A stretch of DNA of 64,000 bases from Lingula anatina (lineage: Eukaryota; Animalia; Brachiopoda): the NCBI GenBank assembly GCA_051362555.1, contig CM120644.1, forward strand, positions 8,626,954-8,690,953, written 5' to 3'. Both the position numbers and the translations under genes were made by a program. The notes under the pieces are model-generated. The model was not told where the DNA came from. It saw only the letters and a list, made by a program, of their open reading frames with translations, and did not search any database. Positions 13,079 through 25,619 of the stretch are shown one piece after another (the stretch's first letter is position 1; each line of letters starts with the position of its first letter).

Positions 13079-14069
13079 GGCCCCTATTTCACACAGACCA
13101 CGAATCCCACGAATCGCCAGGAATTGAAAAATTTCAGGATTCGGGAGGATTCGGGAGATTTTGCCAATTTTCTGGTCTAATTCGACACGCTCACGATTCA
13201 TTTACGATACAGGTACGATAGTGTTACGAATATTCGTGGGATTCGGCTGGAATCGTGAGATTTTGCCAATTTTCTGGTCTAATTCGACACGCTTTACGAT
13301 TCAGTTACGATACAGGTGCGATAGTGTTACGAATATTCGTGGGATTCGGTTGGAATCGCACGAATATTGTCCAGAAATTCACTACGATTTTTTGGAATCG
13401 GTAGTTCGTGGCCAAAACTTTGAACAGCTCAAAATTTTTGCCACGAATTCCCGATTGATCAAGAATTGCAATAACTGACTACGATTATATACGAATCTGA
13501 TAAGAACTTCACGAACTGATTACGATTCAACCATGAATCCTGAAATTTTCAATTCCTGGCGATTCGTGGGATTCGTGGTCTGTGTGAAATAGGGGCATCA
13601 AAAAGTTTTTGCCACCAATTCCTGTTGGTCAAGAAGTGCAAGAACTGACTACGAATAGATACTAATTTGTTAAGAACTGATTACGATTCAACCACGAATC
13701 GTGAAATTTGTCAATTCATGGCCATTCGTGGGATTCGTGGTCTGTGTGAAATAGGGCCTTTAAGGCCTTCAAGAATTGCAATAACTGACTACGATTATAT
13801 ACGAATCTGATAAGAACTTCACGAACTGATTACGATTCAACCATGAATCCTGAAATTTTCAATTCCTGGCGATTCGTGGGATTCGTGGTCTGTGTGAAAT
13901 AGGGGCATCAAAAAGTTTTTGCCACCAATTCCTGTTGGTCAAGAAGTGCAAGAACTGACTACGAATAGATACTAATCTGTTAAGAACTGATTACGATTCA
14001 ACCACGAATGGTGAAATTTGTCAATTCATGGCCATTCGTGGGATTCGTGGTCTGTGTGAAATAGGGCCT
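13079..14069. mobile_element. PIF/Harbinger-like MITE with one left TIR and four right TIRs
   Basis: Left TIR GGCCCCTATTTCACACAGACCACGAATCCCACGAAT at 13079. Reverse complements end near 13597, 13759, 13907 and 14069. TTA on both outer flanks (13076-78, 14070-72). 310-bp tandem duplication (13461 vs 13771) and an internal duplication of about 101 bp (13155 vs 13256). Confidence 0.9.
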
Positions 14070-14884
14070 TTAGCCATCAGGCCAAGAACAAGTCCACTCT
14101 ACCGCAAAGCGACCGACCTCAAATCATAATCACCATCTTACCACGAACAAAAACGGCACTTACGAAAGAGCTGCCTACAAACCAACCTCACACCCCTAAC
14201 CAAAATGCTCATACGAACTTCAGCCAATCAGAAAACGCCTTGTCTCTCAAGCAATCAACGGACGCCTATTAAAGAACCGAAAAGTCAGTTCTCACTCGAC
14301 TTTTGAGCAATCAAAACGTCGCAGTTTGAACTCCCTCGCTCACATAAGTGACCACATCACAAGCAGGTAACTACATACCCTCACTACCTCATTCACTGTG
14401 CCGCTATCTGTTAGCACCGCAGAGAGCTACTTTTGTGTAACTACTGAAATCGTAACGAGCGAGACACTTAATTGATTGTGAACGTTTTCCATTGTGATCT
14501 GCTGAGCAGATACTCATATACAAAGGCGAGACGCCTCTCTCAAGAAGAGACGTCTTTGCACATAAATGCATTTGCACTCTGCACAAGCAGACGCAGACTC
14601 ACTAGGGCGAGACACCTTTGATGAGAAAGTCCAACACCAAAAAGCATCGAAAGTATCGCGAATTGCGATCGAGCGCAAGCGCCTCTATTCCATAACTTTC
14701 TTTTACTCGCCCCATATAAAAGAAATGAAAGGTGTTATCGCTATCGCAATTTGCGATGCTTTCGAGTTACGGAGCCCGCGGACTTGTTTTTTTCCCTATG
14801 AAAACCATTGCGTTGAACACAGCACTGAACCCCCTATCCCATACACCTATTACCAGGATTCTGCAGCTGCACATTTCTGTCGCG

Positions 14885-15112
14885 CCATGTGCAAACAACG
14901 CGTGCTGAAGAGTGCAGCTATACTCATACTCGATATGGTGAACCAAACTGCCAAGAACAAAATTAATTGTGGTGAGCCGTTTCATTTTTCTTTTTTAATT
15001 AATGTATGTACCGTCAACTCCAATCCAGCAGGAAAACCAATTAGAAGGAAATTGCAAATGTTTTTCAGAGTTACCTTTGTATCCATCTCTCAAAAACATC
15101 CTTTTAGCCCAA
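14885..15112 (+). repeat. Interspersed repeat, copy 2 of 7595-7820
   Basis: Direct similarity to 7595-7820. Confidence 0.88.
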
Positions 15113-15295
15113 CGGTTGAATATAAGAAAGAAGAGTTAAAAGATTTTTCGATTATGCAAAAGATGCATGAAGGAAAACAAGTGACCGCGTGATCAGTACC
15201 GAAAGAAACGCTTATTAAAGACACCTGCAGTTGAAAGAAAAGAGAATCTCGATGCACGAATGCGGAGGGCATAGTACGTTGCAAGGTATACCTTA

Positions 15296-15529
15296 GAGCT
15301 CATTCCCATTGTACGTAGATTGATACAACTGCGAGGAGACTCTTGCTGAATGCAATCAGTTTAACGGTTTAACAGTCCTTCTGGCGTCGAGTAGAAAACG
15401 GAAAACGAATACGTAGAAACAAGAGGATGCATGTTTTAACAATTAAAATCTGTTAAACTGGCTGCTTTCAGCTATAGTCCCCGCGAAGTTAGATCTACGT
15501 AGACCGATATTTTCAACAGGAATGAGCCC
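15296..15529. mobile_element. Degenerate MITE with long imperfect TIRs; a further end fragment at about 16585-16655
   Basis: Left GAGCTCATTCC..TACGTAGAT..GCTGAATGCAATCAGTTTAAC versus the reverse complement of the right end GGGCTCATTCC..TACGTAGATC..GCTGAAAGCAGCCAGTTTAAC. Confidence 0.65.
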
Positions 15530-17237
15530 TTGTAGGAGCTGATGAGATGGATTCGAGGTCTTAATAGTAAAAGTAAATCGACGGAAGCGAAATATCTCTT
15601 CAGACAATCGCTTAATGCCAAGGCATATTCTTTTACTATATTCATTCAGTCGCTGGTTCGAATACAATTGTCTTGCAGACGTGATATGTATATATATAGT
15701 TATTTGGGTATGCGTAAATACCCACAGTCGTTGAGGAAAACCCTTCATAATATCCAACTTTGGGAGATAACCAAATTGGTAAAATGTATACCTAACCGGC
15801 GCTTTTATAAGATTTTTACGGACAACAAAAAATAACATCGATATTTCAAAAAAAAAGTAAGCGAATATTTAAACTATTTTTCTGTATCCATTAGGTAGTT
15901 GAGTCAGTGAAAAGACGATGGGTGGCACCTTTTTCACTGACAATACAACGTTGTGTACAGTTTGTGACGGTGCAAAGAATAATGGCAGTGCATTGTTTGG
16001 AGCTGTCTGACAGAGAACACCTTGCGACTGGAATATTCTTGCTTTTATCAGGTAAAATTTATCTGTTAATTATATATTTTGTGGATTAAGAATGTACAGT
16101 GTACATGTGTGACATTCGACATTCTTTTAATTTGTTAATATATGTTTGTAGTTGGCTACTTTATGGTCATCTTGACTAAGATGGATTGAATTTGAAAACT
16201 TACAAATAGTGGTGTAAACACGGCCTTTATAAAATACAGTCGTACTGGTGCAACATGGAGTTTCTCGATAGATTAGAGAAAAAATAATAAACCGACCTGG
16301 ATATAACTAGCAAACAGCACTATACAAGTGGTCGAGAAAAATACGCTGACCATGCCATGTTTTAAACGCATTGATAAACAACTGAAAGTTCTTGCAAATA
16401 ACTAAGTTCGAGGTATGAAAGCAAGACATGTAGGGATGTCATGGTTTAACTTGTAAAATCGCCACTTGTGCGTTGAATCCCTTCTCCTCTACCGTTACTG
16501 AGCAATGTAGTGCATATATTTCTTTATGTCAGACACCTTTGAAGAGATACAAATTTCAATCTTGCCGTCACATTTTAATAATCTTAAAGCTCATTCTACG
16601 TAGATCGACCCAACTCCACGGGAATGTCGCTGAATGCAATCAGCTGAACGGCTTATGTTAGGAATTGACAGCCATGAGTGAATAAGAAGCGGAAAGCGGG
16701 CGAAGTAGAACGGGTATTCTTATGAAGAGAATTGTGACGCATCATCTGAAATAATTTAGATAGTAAGTTCAGGCACCCTAAACCAAAACCATTATCAAAC
16801 TGTAATAATAGGTATTGCCTGAGATTAAAATGGATGTTATTTAAGTGTCGTATCATGTTAAAGAATTTTTTTTTAAATCTCGTTATGACGGATATTTAAA
16901 TTGAAGAGTAAACAAACTATGAAATATTCATTAACTCCTCTGCTAGCCTAGAAGAGTAAACTATTTTATCAATATTAATTAGTGTAGTAGTCTTGTTCAA
17001 GTCAACATCAAAATAGTTTGTCACGAATTTTCAGCAGGGAAGTGAGGTATATCATTAGCTGGCATCTCTTCAAACTTTCCACCTGTAAGATCTTTAAAAT
17101 CAATAAAAGTAAATGATGTAAACAAAAAGTGAATATACTCAACGAACATATGACCTACATGTATCAAAAGATGAATAGTGTTTATATTCGTTTAAAGTAT
17201 CAGGTATCAAGAAATATCTACATGAGTAGTCACATAC

Positions 17238-17293
<56 letters not shown>

Positions 17294-17840
17294 CCGAATG
17301 AATTTAGCATACGGTTTTATGTATAGGTAGCACAGTTGACAAGTCTACAACTAGTTCACATTATTTCCTATAATAAATCAATACTTCCCTTTGTCTTACG
17401 TGCCTTACGAATGCAGATTCCTATCAGCCATGACCGGAGGAAAAAAACACGACTGCTGAACGCATCTTTTAAATTTTCCACAACGGTTTAATGACGTCAT
17501 AAGTAGGATGGACTCTACATACAAATCTTATTTCTATCCAATTAATATAATACTTTGTTACGTTTGCTACACGCTCACCGGTCTCCGCTTATACTCTTCG
17601 GCCTTCCTACCTCGCCAGGGGCGCAACCTCGGTCGAGTACCTTTCTCACTAGCTCACTTAATTAAGCCCCCTTTACACCGGACGGCGTCCTTTCTGCGTC
17701 CCGCAGTACAGTCCCGTCTGAAAAAAAAAAATATCGATGCGTGTGCCTCCATTCTTCGACCACAGCCAGTTTCTCTACAGCGCACAGGTCGACCCCTGGG
17801 TGTCTCTCCTTGTTGTAGAGTAGACTAAGTTTGATTTTAT

Positions 17841-17876
<36 letters not shown>

Positions 17877-17938
17877 CAATTCTGACTACTAAAGACTAAT
17901 GCCGTTTTCTAACATTTCTTTGCTAGACTCGATTGATT

Positions 17939-17969
<31 letters not shown>

Positions 17970-18650
17970 GGAGAGCCCCTGGGGTCTCCTTTTGTTTTTT
18001 GAAGTATAAATCTAATTTTATTGAATTTTTCAAAAACGATTCTGATGCCCAGAGTTTTTTAAGGATTCTGGCAAACAGAAACCAGTGTTATTTTTCAAAA
18101 ACACGAATCTTGAAACCAGGAACTAGTGTCGTTTATCAAAAACGTTTCAGAAAAGCCAGAATCGTTTTTGCGGGGGGAAACCGGAGTGGACTATGAGAGA
18201 GGCAAATGGCGATAAGCGTCTACTGCAACCATGAGACCTTCACCGCGGAAACCGGACAGCGTGTTACGGTCTCTCCTCGCCTTGCGCTCAGACCCGAGAC
18301 GTCCGCCTATCGATGTCTAACTACAGAGGTACATGTAGCTTGCACCGCGAAAGTTGGGCTCAATATAACGGTCTTCACCCGCCGCGCAGTGAGGCCAAAA
18401 CGACTGCAAATCAGTGTCTACAGCGCACAGGTAGCCACACCGCGGAAGCCGTGTTCAAAAATACGGTCTCTCTCGAGTAGATATTTATATGTTTTCCACT
18501 GCTTTAATTTTCATTAAACCGCAAGTAAGGAGAAAAATTGATACGTCGTATTCACCGATGAGATAATCTGTGCTTCGTGATTAGCAATCTTAAGCTTAGA
18601 TTCCATTTGTCATGCGATGTCCGTACGGTGCACGTATATACTGCCAGTAA

Positions 18651-18890
18651 AGCCTAGGTCCCAACCGAACGTACGGGGTGCCACGTGTGGTCTACGGTCA
18701 AAAAAAAATGGGGAAAACGTGGGAGTTCGTGCGTGAGGAGCAAGTCCATCGTGCGAATTTTGGAGGACGCAAGCAGCACGTAGAAACTTTTCACCAATTA
18801 CTTGATTTCTTCCCTGCGATCTAGCTACGTCTTAGCCGGACGCAAGGAACCTAAAAACCGTGCGTCCAAAACGTAGTTGGGACCTAGGCT
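18651..18890. mobile_element. PIF/Harbinger-like MITE
   Basis: Perfect 15-bp TIR AGCCTAGGTCCCAAC / GTTGGGACCTAGGCT, with TAA target-site duplication at 18648-50 and 18891-93. Confidence 0.9.
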
Positions 18891-18929
18891 TAAATACCTT
18901 TTCGCACAGCGTCTGAGAGGATGTGACGA

Positions 18930-19197
18930 CCCGATATATCCGACAGGCCAGTAATGTCCTACGACCAGAGAACAGGCCAGATATGTCCGACAAAAAAGAG
19001 CCAGCTGTGTCCGACAGGCCAGATATGTCCGACAAAAAAGAGCCAGATGTGTCCGACAGGCCAGATATGTCCGACAAAAAAGAGCCAGTTGTGTCCGACA
19101 TATGTGGCCTGTCGGACACATCTGGCTCTTTTTTGTCGGACATATCTGGCCTTCTCTGGTCGTAGGACATATCTGGCCTGTCGTAGGACATATCGGG
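18930..19197. repeat. Foldback (palindromic) element built from 42-bp tandem units
   Basis: Unit ACAGGCCAGATATGTCCGACAAAAAAGAGCCAG.TGTGTCCG three times (18972, 19014, 19056), then an inverted copy. Outer ends CCCGATAT / ATATCGGG. Confidence 0.88.
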
Positions 19198-19894
19198 GAG
19201 GTAGACGTGCGAAATTGTACGGAATCTTACGGATTTAAGGTCCTCGTAGCCTCTACGGTTTTGTCAAGTGAAACTTTTGACAAACTTTTAAAATCGTAAA
19301 CCCGTAGAAAGTAGCAATATTGAGATGACATTGCTTGATTCCCGCAAGGACATTGTGCGGTAGACTTGCGGTGATCGTGCCACAATGCAAGCCCATCTTG
19401 TAACACGGAGTTGTCAAAATTGATTACCCTAGATTACATTTGTTACGGGCGCGACACTATAAAATCGTATACGATTTCCCGTGCGATTTTTGTTTTGACA
19501 TCATAAGCAGCTACGGGCGTTGGAGAATACGTTTATATTATGTGCAAGTGCCCTGCCATTTCTCCGACATTACCTTAGGGTCACGTAAAAAATAGGTTTT
19601 TCGGTTGAAAAGTGATCGTACGGAGCCCCTTCAATCTCATTGTCTACTGTGCTGCTTCATTCAAGATTCACACGTGGGTGCACCTTCCAACGACTTATCT
19701 CACCCTTGTGGCAAGAATAAGAAAAATCGCAATTTATGCAAGCGAAATACACCAAGGAGTTGTACAACTCCTTGATTACATTAACTTTTAAACATATTAA
19801 TTATGCTATGCCTCCTTAACCACCAAAGAATTAAGAGAAAGAGACCAACAAGCGGGTTCAGCCATTTTCACGATCACCGCATAGCCTTGGCTGG

Positions 19895-20110
19895 GTAACT
19901 TTTCTTTGACAGTCTGATCGTATGTTTTTTGAAATCTATAATCGTTCTGTTTTCTCTCAACAAACCATTCCCAATTATCATATCAAATCCAATGTTATCA
20001 GCTGTTTGCACTAACGTGTTAATAGAATTGTATTCATAGAGGAAACGCCAATCTACCAACACTTGCCTTTTCAATGTGATTTTTGTATTATTTGCAGCAA
20101 CAGCTGTGTT
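19895..20110 (-). mobile_element. Retropepsin-like (retrotransposon aspartic protease) remnant
   Basis: AVAANNTKITLKRQVLVDW...FDMIIGNGLLRENRTIIDFKKHTIRL resembles the C-terminal D-x-I-I-G-x-D-x-L part of retropepsins. The catalytic DTG is not seen. Confidence 0.5.
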
Positions 20111-20477
20111 TTTTTTGTAGATGTTATGATGAGTAGTGATTTTAGAGTATCATGTTTCCGTAATGGTTCGGTATTCACAATATTGTAACAACAAAGCATT
20201 AATTTTGATTCCATTGATGAATAACTCTACAATTTTTTTTCCTATTTGTATTCCCCTTTCACATATACCATGATCGAACTGGTGCCCCTAGGGATATTTC
20301 GGCAAAATCACCCCGCCCTTTGCCAATTTGTGATTTTTTTTTTTTTTCCTTTCTGTTACGATTCTCTTTGTGAAAAGTTTGCTTTCTATGAGTATTTTGC
20401 TGTTGGAAATTTGAAAACATCTACAAAAATTCTGTACATTTAAAACATCGGGGATCCCATATGGTCCGTTTTTGACG

Positions 20478-21167
20478 CCGGTGTAACATGAAAATCTGAC
20501 TCCCATGAAAATCTGACTCCCCCCATGAAAATTTGACTCCCCCTCCACAAAACTTCATAAATCTTATTTTATTTTGAGCATATGACTGTGATCTTGTAGT
20601 ATGTAAAATGGAGGGTACATTGGCACTTTTTTGTAGTTTGCAAAAAAATTCTGTACATTTAAAACAAAACAATTTAATGAAAAAGGGTAATAACTTTGCA
20701 TTCTTGTGCCCGTGGGATTTTGACTCCCCTTGGTTACGAATGAAAATGAATATTTTGCCTGATTTTTTTCCACCCAATATTTTAACATCGAACTTTCAAA
20801 TATTTCCAATATATTATTCATAAAGTATACTAAAAGGAAAGATGTTGAAATGAACACCAAATATCAATTGAATAGCTTTTTTATTGGGTGGTAAAATACA
20901 TATTTTTAATTTTGTTTTCATGAAAAGTTTCACCTGCAAACTAACAAAGTGTCAATATATCCTCCATTATGCATACTTCAAGATAAAAGTCTTGTACTCA
21001 AATAAAATAACAATTATTGAGTTTTGTGGGGGTTGGGGTCCAATTTTATCTTTGGGGAGTCTTTAGAAGTCTCCCCAAGGGAGTCATTACGAAATTTTGA
21101 CTGGGGAGCCTGATTTTTATTATGGGGAGTCAGCTTTTAGGGGAGTCAAATTTTCATGGTACACCTG
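20478..21167. mobile_element. Non-autonomous TIR element with GACTCCCC subterminal repeats
   Basis: Left CCGGTGTAACATGAAAATCTGACTCCC versus the reverse complement of the right end CAGGTGTACCATGAAAATTTGACTCCCC. Repeated TGACTCCC / GGGGAGTCA near both ends. Confidence 0.7.
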
Positions 21168-21399
21168 CCATGTTGTAAATAAAGCCGTATTGCTTGAAAG
21201 TCCATGGTGACAGTGTAGGGCATCGCGAGCAGCTAGCCATTTTATACCTTGAGAACCATGAAATACAGTCCTTTTGGGTTGATTCCATTTAATATATAGG
21301 TCATTTTTTTATTTGAATATAAGTTATTTTAACTGTAAAACAAAATTAAATGAGTATATTTTCAATGACACTTTAATAATAGATTAATTCCGTCCGTTT

Positions 21400-21593
21400 C
21401 AAGAAAACATTTTGCACAGCTTAACACTGATGCACTGTATAACGCTTGCTGTCACACACTTGAGTGGTAGTCATTGTAAGTGACGCGTATAGTTTAAAGA
21501 AAAGAAACGTTTTGCACAGCTAAGCATCGCTGCATTGTGTATGACTAGCTTACACATATTTATGAGTGGTAGTCAAATAAGTCACGCGTATAG
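21400..21593. repeat. Diverged direct duplication of about 100 bp
   Basis: TTTTGCACAGCT...TGAGTGGTAGTCA...ACGCGTATAG twice. Confidence 0.75.
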
Positions 21594-23653
21594 GGGGGCC
21601 TAGTTCACAAGGCAATAGAATATCTGTGAAAAACCTCAAATGAAAAAGAAATGAAATGTAATGAACAGTGTGCATAAAACATTTTACTGCGGAATGGCAC
21701 ACAATGAGTTTACAATAAGTTAAATATTTTACTGTAAAATTAATTTTAAGTGAAAATTAAGAGTAAGAAATGGGCGGTAGAAGAAATTCAAATCCATTGG
21801 GGGACACGAACTGATGACAGTTCTGGTAGACTGCCACTTTCATTGCATAGTAAGCTCTTCGTCCGTGTCGCTCTCCACTACACCACCAGGTCGTTATGCA
21901 AACCACCGCCGTTTTGTTATATTATATTATATTTACTTGCATCAAAGGTTTGCTTTATTGCAATACTATTATGCCCAGATTGTGAATATAAAGCGCTTTT
22001 ACTAAATATCTACTGTTCTATAGTAAGACCCTAGTTTTCAGACCCTGTACGTTATACAGTTTTTTCTGTATGACGGGTGGACTCGGTGTTTCGTGATAGC
22101 TGTCATGAAACGTAGGGTCCGGTTAAATGCAGGTCCGGGGAACCCTGTATATTATACCTAATTACCATGATACAGAGTCCGAGACCCGTTATTTCAGAAA
22201 TAATGGTTTCTGAAATAACGGGTCCCGGACTTTCTGTCATGGGGGACCTTCTGGTACATGACACCGGCAGAAAATGAAGTTAATTTTTCACTTAATTGTG
22301 TAAGTTGCTTTTGTACTGTGTTTATAAGGGGGTCACCCTTACCTATAGCACCTAATTTCATATGCATGTCTTATATATATATATAAAGGTTCCTCCCTAC
22401 CTTGTATTTATTTCGTTTGTCCAGTTGCCATTCTCTTTAGAAATAATACGCTCGCCTCTGGATGTCTGTCTGGTGACTAGTCCTTCTCTGTCTGACATTA
22501 TTCATGTCAAATATCTCTGTTTTCCTTTCGCATCCTCCACCATTTATGTAACGAAGTTGTTGTCTTTATCTTCTGTAATAAATGCAAGTTATACAACTCT
22601 TTTATATTCTTTCATGTTATTTTTCCACTACTTTCCAATTGATTTCCACGCCGCTTTCTTTCCATTTCTATCTCTTCCTCATGCAATCTCCAGCGGCCAT
22701 CTCTCCGTTTACATTACACGCAGTTGTATAAATATCAAAAGGCATGTCAATCAACTCTACGAAACACTCCCCGCTACTTATACGCTCATGGCAGTCAAAT
22801 ACTAACATTACATTTCGATGGAAATGAGCCCTTATTATTTCTTTCGGAGCATAAGAAGTGCCATCCACGTGTATGAAGGCCAAATAGTAGTGCATGCAGT
22901 TACTCAATTGTTCGCTCATTTAAGAGTATTGTAACCCTTAATTATCACGCAGATACCAAAAATGAGTTTTTTTCCTGCGTCTACATGTAACTAGTCAGTA
23001 ATGCATCTAACATTGTGCTTATTTAACACAATAAAAAACCCTCGAAAATATAAAATACCGGCGTTTATATTTCTCGCTGCAATGTATAAGCATAAGCATC
23101 TCAAACTTTTAATCGTCAACTTGGCACCTTTCTATTGAAGTGGGATGGCAATCGATATGGGGCGTAACTTCATCCCTGAACAAGATTTTATCACGAAAAT
23201 TGGCAGAGTAGACCACGAGTGTATGGGCTACAAGCCCTTGCCGTCATTTTGCGTAAATTTTTTTGTTAAGGAGTCATGGGCAACTGATTACCTTTCTCAT
23301 TACACAAAGGCATTATTTTGCTTTATCAACGATAAAATCTGAAGTAAGAGGTTTAGGAAAAATTGCTGGCAGAATTTTGGAGTACTTAATGGTGTCATTA
23401 AATCGGCGTTGAAACGGTGATTGTGGGTGCTCAGGTAAAGGAGAAATTTGAGAAACCATTTTTTTAGTTTATTACCCTAAAATCGCAATTATGACGTCAC
23501 CTGTAAGATGACATATCTGTAAATGTTAATTAATGTAGTTACTAAACACTGATTTATCTATTACCCAAAATATAGTTTTGGGCAAATGTTGACAATATCC
23601 TTAAAACGTTGCTTGCTTCTCCACTTCGTCTTTCATATATCTGTTGATTTTAA

Positions 23654-23790
23654 TTGCTACCTCCGCCAAGGAGGTTATGTTTTCACCTCTGTTTGTTTGT
23701 TTGTTTATTTATCTGTTTCCACCAGCCTTATTCAAAGAGTTATGGATGTGATTTGATGACATTTTCAGGATAAGTCAGAAATGGGCTAAC
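23654..23790 (+). mobile_element. Truncated Helentron-associated (HINE/DINE-like) non-autonomous element
   Basis: TACCTCCGCCAAGGAGGTTATGTTTTCACC (hairpin ACCTCC/GGAGGT) followed by a (GTTT)n tract, the typical start of such elements. Confidence 0.65.
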
Positions 23791-23906
23791 TTAAGGGGAT
23801 TGATAATTAACGGTTATTTACCAGTTAACAGTTCGTTCATTTTTATCCATCCATTAAGATAATCATTAAATGTTTTAACGCGAAATTTTGTTTTCCATAT
23901 AATTAG

Positions 23907-25376
23907 GGGCCGCCTCTCTCCTGGTGAACGGACTGTGTATTGTCCTGATGTACCGCAAAAGGTCAGGTAAACAGGTGCTGCCCTCTCTAGTCTTTCAACT
24001 GTGTCTGGTAGGCCTCCTGCAGACGTGCACAGTCCACGTGCTGATAACTGCTTCCGCCTTTAATTGCGCATGGGCACTGGGTGACTGGAGATGCCAGGCA
24101 GCGGCGTTTCTTTGCAATTTCTTTTTTGTCGCGTGTGAGAATACTCACGTGGCCATCGCATTGATACGTTACATAATGATCTGTCTACCTAGGCTAAGTA
24201 AGTATTTCATTTTAATCATTATTTTGAATTGTGGCAAGTTGACATTGCGGGATTATTGTGTTAGGAGAGACGATGCACTAGGCTCAAATTATTTATAGCC
24301 TATACTGTGTTATTGAAAAAAACTAAAAAAAAAGCATTGAATTGATGAAATGCAAAACAATAATGTTTAGTTTTAATTTATTGCCTCCCACCCACAATAG
24401 GCGTACATTGGTTTTCGTTCAGAAGTTAACAAATTATTGTACAAAAAAATGTAAACAGTGCAACATGTTGTAAAGTCATTCTAGCTGATTTCTACTTCTT
24501 GATGCTACTAGGTATTTATATAATAGGTTGTTTTAATGTACAGACACAGATGTTGCACTGTTTACATTTTTTTGTACAATAATTTTTCGTACAGATGTAT
24601 CTGTACGAATAGCAGTTGCCTGTGTCTGTCGTCGTCGTTGTCGTCGCCATACACTATAAGTGTTATTTTGTTCTATGTAATAAGTGAATTTTCTGAGATT
24701 CGATTCTTTGGCCCTTAAACAGTATCAGTATTGAACTTATTATGTTTGTTAAGTATTCCTTAAATTTTTTGCATCTTAACAATTTTGTAAATTGCTTATA
24801 TAAAAATGATGATAAATCTTCTGTCGTGTATTGTGTAATAAATTGCCAAAAATGGAAATAGATTCACATCATTGCAGTTTGTCAGATTCAATCCCTCACA
24901 GTGTTCAGAATCTCAGAATGGAGTAAATTGGACATTTAAAAAAAATATTGATTTTTCCCATCTTAACAATTTTTTCAGTTGATCGTTTAAAAATGAAAGT
25001 AAATCGGTTATTGTGTATTATGTAATAACTGTTGAAAATGAAAATAACACATTTCAGTACTTGTGTCCATATAAAAGTGTGACTTTGAATTTCCATTGGC
25101 CCATAGAACTTTGATAATCACATTTTCTAGATATCTACATGTATGTTACCTGTAGTATATAATTTAAAAATGATGGTGATTATAATGCCTCAAAATTGAT
25201 ATTAATATTTTGTTTACTGCCGCTACAAATGCTGTAGAAGGAAAACTGTGTTAACTTTTATTTTTCACTTAAGCGAATAATTGCCATACAGCTCAAGTTG
25301 GCAAACCAGCTAGATTGGATTATTTTTCTTTCTTTGTTGTCTGTACATTTGATAGCTTTGCTGCCTTTTTGGAATA

Positions 25377-25428
<52 letters not shown>

Positions 25429-25565
25429 AGGGATACCAACTGTTTGTATAAGATTCATATTTCCTATATACATTGTTAACAAACAGAAGAAATATAATTC
25501 CATTTTACCACCAAACCAGCGGTCATCGCAATTATTCTGTACTTGCACTTAGACCACATGAAGTC

Positions 25566-25619
<54 letters not shown>

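Noticed and set aside
14090-14400. LTR-like segment with CCAAT and TATA-like motifs
   Set aside because: No partner LTR, primer-binding site or TSD identified.
14566-15192. 208-aa ORF similar to ORF 7599-7850
   Set aside because: The similarity is confined to a dispersed DNA repeat; no recognisable domain or splice structure.
18825-19299. Repetitive ORFs (PDMSDKKEP, CPTGQICPTKK) and a CRISPR-like look
   Set aside because: Units are contiguous with no unique spacers, there are no cas genes, and the DNA is eukaryotic. The ORFs are translations of a 42-bp repeat.
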